From positions 7,299 through 71,298 of the IMG/VR virus record IMGVR_UViG_3300023442_000001: a DNA stretch of 64,000 nucleotides, one strand, 5' to 3'. Positions 57,089 through 64,000 of the stretch are shown here, piece after piece (the stretch's first letter is position 1; each line of letters starts with the position of its first letter). Position numbers and translations under genes: made by a program. Origin of the DNA: a virus. A model generated the notes under the pieces. That model saw only the letters and a list, made by a program, of their open reading frames with translations. It was not told the DNA's origin and ran no database searches.

Positions 57089-59726
57089 ACTCTGTTTCCT
57101 CCACCGAGATTCCTCGTAAAATTTTATCGAAAATTCCTCGATATCTTACATTTCCATATTTTATTCCATTTAACAGATGTCTCTTAGGATTCTCAAATCC
57201 GAGACCAAGAATCCATGATTCTAAAGCTGGAACGCTTTTAATGGACATAAAGTGAAATGGATATTTTTCCCTATCAGGAATTAATCTCCATTTCATTCCA
57301 TTATGCCACATTAATTGTGAAACAATGCATTCAAAATGAACATGATTAATCGTACTATTATTATTGTATATATCAAAGATAGATTTTACTAAATCTTCTG
57401 GAGTTTTATTTTCAACTTTATCATAATGATGTAAAAGATATGAAATGATTGATAAATCATTAACAATATCTTGTTGTTTAAACTGAATATCTCTAACAAT
57501 GGCTGTTCCAGATGTATGAAATGTTCTTAAAACTAATTGCGTATTTACTTCTCCTAATGACTGTGCGCTTATTACTCCGATAAATCTTGAATCAAGTTTT
57601 TTATAAAATTCTCCATAACATGTCAAACAAATCTTTTCATTTTTACAGAAAATAGGAGACCTAATAAAGATAGTTTTTCCAATAAGTGATTTATAATTTT
57701 CTTTATCGATAATCGAAATATTTACATCATCCTTATTAAAGGAAAACCATTTTCCGATCAAAAGTCTGGCTTTCTTTTCTGAATCTACATCAACACGTAA
57801 TTTATCATTTGTCCCACAATCTTTTGTGTTCAAATCCAATTCAAGATTGATTGTTAAAAATATAAGTTTTCTAGATAAATATCCAGAGTTTGAAGTATTC
57901 AAAGCAACATCTAAAAGTCCTTTGCGAGATCCATATGTCGAAATAAAAAATTCATCTTTCGTAAGCCCATGTAATAATGAATGTTTAATTGGTTTATTTA
58001 AAATTTCGCCTTTAAAATTAGAAATAAATCCTCTAGTTAAAACTAATTGTTTTGCCTGATCCCAACTTCCTCTAGCTCCTGACTCAATAAGATCCTTATA
58101 TTTAAAATTTTCTTTTATTTTTTGAATTGTCTCATCTGAAGAAAATAATTTCAATTGAGTTTCAGAATCATTTGTCTTTTCGAAAATAGATTTTCTAATT
58201 TCTTCAAATGTTTGATTATAAAATCCTTTAAGAGATAAAGTATTTCCAAACGATGAGCTTAAAAATCCTAAATCTTTAATATTATCAATCACTTGTTTTG
58301 TCGTTTCTACATCATAATTGTCTTTTACTTCATTTAAAATTGATATGAGTTTTTTCTTATCTATAGGTCCTTCATATTTAATGTCTAAATCTTCTGGAAA
58401 TTGTTGTTTAAAAATTTTAAAACCTTCTTCTGACTTCGTTAAATTAAAAATTCCTAAAACAACATCCTGATTCGGAGTTGTAATTAACGATCCGTTTGCA
58501 GGTGATGAAAGAAGATTCGTAATAACTTTATCTTTAAGTTCATCTTGAGATTCTAATGAAATATAAATTGCCATTTGATCGCCGTCAAAATCCGCATTAT
58601 ATGGTGGACAAATTAAAGGATGTATTTTAATTACTTCTTCAGGCGTTGGAAGAATTTTAAAAATTGATAGACTTGGCCTATGTAATGACGGCTGTCTATT
58701 TAAGAAACAATATTCTCCGTTAACAATTTCTGATAAATCTTCATATATATCAAGTTTTCTATATTGTATACAATCATCTATAAATTGAATAGCTTCATTT
58801 ATAAATTTAAATTTTCCTTTATAAATTAAATGTTTAGCTAAATGTATTTTATATAATTCTAATAGAATAAAATACGAAATACGACACTCATCTAATTTAA
58901 GAGTTGGATCTGGAACGATAACAGCTCTCCCAGAGAAATCGATCCTTCGACCCAACATATTATGTCTTACTAAACCTTCTTTCTTAGAAAGCTTGGCCAA
59001 AATATGATTATATAATTCATTCACTGATTTTTGAATTTGTCGGTAATACCAATTAAAAAGTTTTGGATTATTATTAATATTGAAATTTGACGAAATAATA
59101 CTATTCTTTCGAATTAAAATAGTTGAATAATATCGATTGAATTCATCTAAAACACTAACTTTTCCCTCCATGATTGGCCTTAAATCAGGAGGAATGACCA
59201 GAATATTATGAATGAATAATTTATCTATATTCTGAGCAACAATAGACAAATCTTCTGTTTTGCTCAGCTCATTTTCAACAAGAATTTTGATTGCGTCTAT
59301 GCCTGTATAAACTTTTGCATCTTCTTTTACACTTTCCACTTCATCAATAATTAGGGATTTATCTGTTTCATAGACAATATGTTTTCCTGATAAAATATGA
59401 TTAATGATTTTTTTGCTTAAATTTAATTCATTTAAAAGATCGAAAAATATGGGATTGATGATTGGAAATGGTAATGAAATCTTAGCAAATCTTTGTCGTC
59501 TGACATTCGAATGTTCAATATCAACGTTACAAATAGAACATTTAGAGCCCGCTTTTGCGGGTCCATAATAAACACCACATTGGCACATATAATTATGTTT
59601 AGGTCCAAAAATCTGTTCCGAAAATAAGCCTTCTGGATGATAATGGGATTTTAAGAAAATTTTATGTGTTGTAATCTCTGGCAAAGATTTGGCATATTCA
59701 TCTATATTTAGAAGAATTGGAAACAA
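57081..59726 (-). CDS. rpoC: phage DNA-directed RNA polymerase beta' subunit
   Basis: GLFSEQIFGP plus Zn finger, PPDLRP, LGRRIDFSGRAVI, NRQPSLH, catalytic NADFDGDQ, SGYLSRKL and QLVLRTFH. Confidence 0.97.
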   Translation of the reverse strand: MFPILLNIDEYAKSLPEITTHKIFLKSHYHPEGLFSEQIFGPKHNYMCQCGVYYGPAKAGSKCSICNVDIEHSNVRRQRFAKISLPFPIINPIFFDLLNELNLSKKIINHILSGKHIVYETDKSLIIDEVESVKEDAKVYTGIDAIKILVENELSKTEDLSIVAQNIDKLFIHNILVIPPDLRPIMEGKVSVLDEFNRYYSTILIRKNSIISSNFNINNNPKLFNWYYRQIQKSVNELYNHILAKLSKKEGLVRHNMLGRRIDFSGRAVIVPDPTLKLDECRISYFILLELYKIHLAKHLIYKGKFKFINEAIQFIDDCIQYRKLDIYEDLSEIVNGEYCFLNRQPSLHRPSLSIFKILPTPEEVIKIHPLICPPYNADFDGDQMAIYISLESQDELKDKVITNLLSSPANGSLITTPNQDVVLGIFNLTKSEEGFKIFKQQFPEDLDIKYEGPIDKKKLISILNEVKDNYDVETTKQVIDNIKDLGFLSSSFGNTLSLKGFYNQTFEEIRKSIFEKTNDSETQLKLFSSDETIQKIKENFKYKDLIESGARGSWDQAKQLVLTRGFISNFKGEILNKPIKHSLLHGLTKDEFFISTYGSRKGLLDVALNTSNSGYLSRKLIFLTINLELDLNTKDCGTNDKLRVDVDSEKKARLLIGKWFSFNKDDVNISIIDKENYKSLIGKTIFIRSPIFCKNEKICLTCYGEFYKKLDSRFIGVISAQSLGEVNTQLVLRTFHTSGTAIVRDIQFKQQDIVNDLSIISYLLHHYDKVENKTPEDLVKSIFDIYNNNSTINHVHFECIVSQLMWHNGMKWRLIPDREKYPFHFMSIKSVPALESWILGLGFENPKRHLLNGIKYGNVRYRGIFDKILRGISVEETECE

Positions 59727-59744
59727 AGGCAGTTCCTCCGTATG

Positions 59745-60188
59745 TTAGAATAATCCAAATGAGTCGATAAAATAAAATCTCTCATCTTCGGTTAAATATT
59801 TTGAATATTCTGGGACAATAGGATAAGGAATTTCTTCAATAAGAATGATTTCATCTAAAAATTGTTGAACTTTCTTTCTAGAAAGTAATACATTTAAATT
59901 CCAGAAACAAAGTTCTTGTCTTACATATTTTACTACGTCTAAAAAATTATTAAAAGAAACATACATAGATTTAATTTCTTCCGGTAAACAAATGCTTTGA
60001 TCTCCTTTTTTCAAAGGATGTTTACCATAAAAATAGATGTTTTTGATTTTCCCTTTTTTTATATCTAAAATAAAACCCCTTGATTTATAATTCTTTTTAT
60101 GATGTATTCGATATAATTTAGGAAATTCCGTAAAGTTTGGTATTAAAACTAATGTTGGTTCAATTTTTGAAATAATTGGTACCAACAT
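59745..60188 (-). CDS. putative E2/UBC-like conjugating enzyme
   Basis: HPLKKGDQSICL has the same H-P-x8-C spacing as the UBC active site (HPNIxxxGxICL); lies in the Ubl operon. Confidence 0.5.
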   Translation of the reverse strand: MLVPIISKIEPTLVLIPNFTEFPKLYRIHHKKNYKSRGFILDIKKGKIKNIYFYGKHPLKKGDQSICLPEEIKSMYVSFNNFLDVVKYVRQELCFWNLNVLLSRKKVQQFLDEIILIEEIPYPIVPEYSKYLTEDERFYFIDSFGLF

Positions 60189-60200
60189 TACATTCCCCCC

Positions 60201-61025
60201 CTAACATGCATATGTTTCAGGACATATCATGAGGTCACCTCCTGGTAGTGTTTTCAAGAGAATAATCTTCCCTCGAAAAAAATTGTAACATTGAAAAATC
60301 AATTTGTCAATTTTATTTATTAAATTTTTTAAATCACTTTTTACAATTTCATCATATGAACATATAGTTCCTTTATAGAAAACATATATGGTAGATTTAA
60401 ATTTAAAATTTTTAATAAATTTTTGCAGCTCAATTGATGATAAAATATATGAAAACTGATTTTTATATTTAGAGGAAAGAATTAAATCAATATGTGCTTT
60501 GGAATAATTCAATTCCACGATTGATAAATCGTCTTTTATGACGACAAATTTTTCATCTAATTGGTTGAAATTGTTGATATATGTTTCTATGAACTTATTT
60601 AATGTATTTCTATCTAAGACTATACTATAATCTTCTGATATAATCCTCCTGGGTAGAAACTCTTTTTTCTTACGTGCATCGACAAAAAGATCATTTTCAT
60701 TAAAATAAATTTTATGTGATTTTTGATAATAATGTGAACTATCTCTTGTGTCAATAATTAATTCTCCCGAAATTTTTTCATCTGAAACAAAAAATGGAAA
60801 TGCTTGTACTTTAATATTTGGATATTGTTGAGTCAACTTTTGTTTTAAAATAAGGGCCTTATTTTGTCCAATATCATGTTCCGTATATGGAGTATTAAAT
60901 AAATTCTTTTCTTTAACAATATCCCCATCATAAATGTTAAGTTCAGTTATTTGATTTGGAAAAGTGTTAATTTTTGTGGCAATATTGGAACCGACACTCC
61001 CCACCCCTAAAATAGAAATCCTCAT
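60201..61025 (-). CDS. ThiF/E1-like protein 2 (degenerate adenylation domain plus unknown C-terminal domain)
   Basis: GVGSVG, DGDIV..KNL and DIG.NKA motifs; lacks the RQ of the NLxRQ motif. Confidence 0.8.
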   Translation of the reverse strand: MRISILGVGSVGSNIATKINTFPNQITELNIYDGDIVKEKNLFNTPYTEHDIGQNKALILKQKLTQQYPNIKVQAFPFFVSDEKISGELIIDTRDSSHYYQKSHKIYFNENDLFVDARKKKEFLPRRIISEDYSIVLDRNTLNKFIETYINNFNQLDEKFVVIKDDLSIVELNYSKAHIDLILSSKYKNQFSYILSSIELQKFIKNFKFKSTIYVFYKGTICSYDEIVKSDLKNLINKIDKLIFQCYNFFRGKIILLKTLPGGDLMICPETYAC

Positions 61026-61039
61026 GTTCCCTCCGCTAT

Positions 61040-61081
61040 AAAAATTAAAAGAGGGAGAGAGGCAATTTATCCTCTCTCCCT
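61040..61081 (-). terminator. hairpin terminator/stabiliser after the Ubl gene
   Basis: AGGGAGAGAGG/CCTCTCTCCCT stem followed by CTTTTAATTTTT on the minus strand. Confidence 0.75.
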
Positions 61082-61093
61082 GTATATTACGAA

Positions 61094-61525
61094 TTAACCC
61101 TTACTTCCAGCGGGGCGAATGAATTCGAGATTATCCCCTTCTTTGAGAACGTAAGAATAGCTTTCTACCTGCCCATTTACATAAGCTTCTGCACCGGCAG
61201 GGATGTTCAGAATCTGATTAAGAAGATCCATCACATCCCGAACACTCTTACCTACCAGTGGAAAAGTATCTCGGTTGGCACCACAGGACACCCGGATAAG
61301 AGCGGATACGCTATTGTCGTCCTCATTCCGTACCGCATTTACTGTTGCACGAACGCCGCCAAGGCTGTTGCTTTCAGAAGTTGTCTCATTTGTTGCGGTA
61401 TGATTCAGGATAGCATCGATCATTACGGCCTTGCGAGCCTTCCTCATACCGGAAATACCAAGAGCCTTGCAGATTTCATAGAGTTCGGGAACAGTCTTGG
61501 CGGTCAGTTCATCACGAGTGTACAT
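61094..61525 (-). CDS. ubiquitin-like (beta-grasp) protein with N-terminal Rho-N-like domain
   Basis: EL..KTV.EL..I.K.LGI.G..K.RK..MI.AIL (Rho_N pattern); C-domain ends ...VNG.......L.EGD.LEFIRPAGSKG with terminal Gly. Confidence 0.8.
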   Translation of the reverse strand: MYTRDELTAKTVPELYEICKALGISGMRKARKAVMIDAILNHTATNETTSESNSLGGVRATVNAVRNEDDNSVSALIRVSCGANRDTFPLVGKSVRDVMDLLNQILNIPAGAEAYVNGQVESYSYVLKEGDNLEFIRPAGSKG

Positions 61526-61556
61526 AGATCTCTCCTTAATGATGATTGGTGAAAAA

Positions 61557-62249
61557 CTATCGGGCTACACGTTGTTTGGCGTCCAAAATTAATGGACTTC
61601 TAAGATCAAAATACCACTCAGAATAATTTTTAAAATCTAAATTATTTAAACATTGATAAAATACACACAACATAGTCGATGCTATATACATATTCGTAAA
61701 TAATAGTTGAGGACTTGATACTTGTCGTTCTTCACAACTTAATTCATGAGGCAGTTTGTCAGAAAAATTTTCAATTTCCGGATGGTACTGCGTTAAGTCT
61801 GGTGTTTCATTTTTCCCTCCTTTCTTGATGAAGAGTTGTACGTTACCATCATATAATTCATTACCACCATTAATAATAATAATATTATTAAGATTTTTAG
61901 CATGTTCATTAATAAGATATCTTGTTTTGTGATTATCTACACAAATAAATACAATATCTTTATCTTGAATAAATTCATGAATATTATCCTGATCTAAATA
62001 AATAAAATGTGATTTAAATTTTACATTTGGAAATTTAGTTTGGAGTTCAATTCGCTTTACGTTTGATTTACTCGCCACTCCTTCGATGTTTTCGAATGTC
62101 TGGCGAGCTTTATTTTTTTCTTCATAAATGTCACCATCAATAAGATGAACTGTTACATCTTCATTTCCCTCCGAATAATTTAAAAATCGACTCAGATAAT
62201 CTGTGACAAATGTTCCAATTCCTCCAAGTCCAACAATCACGATTCGCAT
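61557..62249 (-). CDS. ThiF/E1-like activating enzyme
   Basis: GLGGIG, DGD.YE.KN..RQ, K, CVDN..TR, GGNE...G.V, candidate catalytic Cys in SCEE, and PQL..TN. Confidence 0.9.
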   Translation of the reverse strand: MRIVIVGLGGIGTFVTDYLSRFLNYSEGNEDVTVHLIDGDIYEEKNKARQTFENIEGVASKSNVKRIELQTKFPNVKFKSHFIYLDQDNIHEFIQDKDIVFICVDNHKTRYLINEHAKNLNNIIIINGGNELYDGNVQLFIKKGGKNETPDLTQYHPEIENFSDKLPHELSCEERQVSSPQLLFTNMYIASTMLCVFYQCLNNLDFKNYSEWYFDLRSPLILDAKQRVAR

Positions 62250-62262
62250 TTAGACTCCTTTC

Positions 62263-62970
62263 TTACCAATTCATATTATGAAAATTGCTTGTTAACCAAT
62301 TTGGATAATGATTAGTATATTGATGTCTGATAGGCTGTGCCTGGGATACTTGCGTCATCCATTCAGATGGATATTTCGCATATTGAAATCTTCCAAAATT
62401 TGAAATAATTTTATTCGGATCTTTTACAATAGCCCTAAATCCATCTACCACAATACTAATACTCATAGACGGTGTTTTGTCAATATTTCCTAAAGTGATA
62501 TGTAATCCATCAAAATATTGTTCATCATTTGAATCAACAGAAGAATGAAATGCATTCATGTTTCCATGGGAATGAATAGTCCCGAATAAAGATAATTCTT
62601 GTGGGTGAAGAATATTATTTGAATACGAAAGATGACCTCCTGATACCATTTGTTTCGGGGCGGAAAGATAATATTGATTATCGTTATCAATATAAATTAA
62701 AACAATTGCTTCAGAATGATATTTTTTATATACGTCTAGAAAAAATGAATATGTAATATTCATAAGTTCCATTGGAAAATTAAAACTTGACTTAAGTTCA
62801 ATCCATTCTTTAGGATCAGATAAAACAGGAATTTGAAATTTTTTACTTTTTGTTAATGATTTATAAAATTGTGTTTCTCTTTTAATATATACACCACTTT
62901 TTCCAACAACGAATGCGATTTTGGATTCTGGTTTAAGATTTTCATTCCGACATATAATAACGTCAAACAT
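62263..62970 (-). CDS. JAB/MPN+ metallo-isopeptidase
   Basis: Glu in SEA, then GTIHSH...AFHS..D..DE and DGLHITLG. Confidence 0.9.
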   Translation of the reverse strand: MFDVIICRNENLKPESKIAFVVGKSGVYIKRETQFYKSLTKSKKFQIPVLSDPKEWIELKSSFNFPMELMNITYSFFLDVYKKYHSEAIVLIYIDNDNQYYLSAPKQMVSGGHLSYSNNILHPQELSLFGTIHSHGNMNAFHSSVDSNDEQYFDGLHITLGNIDKTPSMSISIVVDGFRAIVKDPNKIISNFGRFQYAKYPSEWMTQVSQAQPIRHQYTNHYPNWLTSNFHNMNW

Positions 62971-62973
62971 TTG

Positions 62974-64000
62974 TCACCTCATTGTTCGGGCCATATTGAA
63001 AGATCTATCGTGGGATGGATGTATTACAGATCGATATAACCATATCATTTTTTTGAAAATTGTATCATAAATTTGTCGTGGAGATTTTCCAAATGTAAGA
63101 CCACATAACATACGTTTTTCGGGTGTTAAATAATCAGAAATTGGTGCACTAATAGGATACACACAATCACCTTCAATTTTAATTCTTGGTCTAACCGGTT
63201 TAAAATATTCCGTTTCTAAAATATCAAATGGAAGCCCAAAATTATTATTTGTGATAACAACTTTATATCCATGCCATAAAATTTCATATTTTAATTTAAT
63301 GTTTTGACCTCGGCAATATCCATAAGTATTTAAATGACACTTAAACCATACATCTTCTGTATATGTTTTGAGAAGTGGATATAAGAAAATGTTTAATTTT
63401 GCATACGATGTATCAAAAGATGTGTTTATGACTACTAGATATCTTTCAAACGTTTCATCATTGCATTCTAAAAGAACTTTAATATTACCATCATCGTCAT
63501 AATATAGATCTAAAATTTTTACAATTTGATTATTATATTCATCATGAATACAATAGAAATAATATTCTCCAACTTTTACCGTATAAAAATTCCCGTTTGC
63601 TTCTCTCAAAGAAATAAATTTAATCCCATCTTCTTCTTGAATTAAATCATTCGGAATATGATTATAAAGTTTTGAGGGATGTATAAATAATTTATCATCA
63701 AATTCAAATGTTTCAAACTCACATATCGCTGTTCTAAATACTCCACTCTCTGGTTTAAAAAGATCTTTTTTAATGAACTTTCTATTATATTTAAAAAATT
63801 GATCTTCGTACAAAGGTAATGAGAGTGGAATACATGAATATATATTTTTTTTGACTGATATAATTCTGAAATAATTTTCTAAATAATTTACATCAATCTC
63901 ATCACCAAATATATCTTTCAAAATAAATGGATTAATTTCTTTAATATCAGAGATTGAAATGACAGTTGTCGTATATGTATCCGGGAACTTCACTCTAAGA
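62974..64000 (-). CDS. hypothetical protein upstream of JAB (probably 5'-truncated)
   Basis: Frame is open to the window edge; 3-nt gap to the JAB start codon. Confidence 0.6.
   Translation of the reverse strand, partial: LRVKFPDTYTTTVISISDIKEINPFILKDIFGDEIDVNYLENYFRIISVKKNIYSCIPLSLPLYEDQFFKYNRKFIKKDLFKPESGVFRTAICEFETFEFDDKLFIHPSKLYNHIPNDLIQEEDGIKFISLREANGNFYTVKVGEYYFYCIHDEYNNQIVKILDLYYDDDGNIKVLLECNDETFERYLVVINTSFDTSYAKLNIFLYPLLKTYTEDVWFKCHLNTYGYCRGQNIKLKYEILWHGYKVVITNNNFGLPFDILETEYFKPVRPRIKIEGDCVYPISAPISDYLTPEKRMLCGLTFGKSPRQIYDTIFKKMIWLYRSVIHPSHDRSFNMARTMR

Noticed and set aside
2362-58059. Numerous 60-165 aa antisense or alternate-frame ORFs in the track (e.g. 2362-, 29634+, 36585-, 45516+, 49208+, 57826+)
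   Set aside because: They are shadows of longer, motif-bearing genes and have no recognisable RBS or motifs.
54134-59726. Host chromosomal rpoBC (cellular contamination or prophage flank)
   Set aside because: The subunits are short and divergent, in reversed order, lack ribosomal-protein neighbours, and are embedded among phage genes.
60201-62249. ThiF/ThiS thiamine or molybdopterin biosynthesis genes
   Set aside because: No thiG, moaE or cysteine synthase neighbours; JAB and E2-like genes are present; the Ubl ends in KG and carries an extra domain. A sulfur-carrier role is not formally excluded.
1-64000. Alternative genetic code, tRNAs, introns/inteins, major capsid or portal genes
   Set aside because: Gene density is high under the standard code; terminase and RNAP appear uninterrupted; no tRNA-like sequence was seen in the short intergenic gaps; no capsid or portal gene was recognised, so they probably lie outside the window.

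Overview
This window is a 64-kb, AT-rich segment of a large tailed dsDNA phage (jumbo-type myovirus); long ORFs read intact in the standard genetic code. 1-4.2 kb holds accessory or putative head-packaged genes (FeeM-like acyltransferase, permuted NlpC/P60, PrsW-type intramembrane protease, DUF192). 4.3-23.4 kb is a six-gene modular tail-fibre cluster plus baseplate proteins. 23.4-28.5 kb carries accessory enzymes (metallophosphoesterase, holin-like protein, papain protease, HxGH nucleotidyltransferase + APS kinase, SLOG). 28.5-51 kb covers tail sheath, tube, baseplate, tape-measure-like protein and terminase, interrupted by a minus-strand island of small paralogous genes at 31.3-34.5 kb. 51-64 kb is a minus-strand gene run with a phage-encoded multisubunit RNA polymerase (unsplit beta and beta'). 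The top finding lies immediately upstream of the RNAP genes: an apparently complete ubiquitin-like conjugation cassette (JAB peptidase, E1/ThiF, Rho-N-fused Ubl ending in ...GSKG, a second degenerate ThiF, and an E2-like protein with HP-x8-C). Eight intergenic copies of GTGAGAACAAA define a candidate late promoter for the phage RNAP. All family calls come from motif recognition by eye; no database searches were run.
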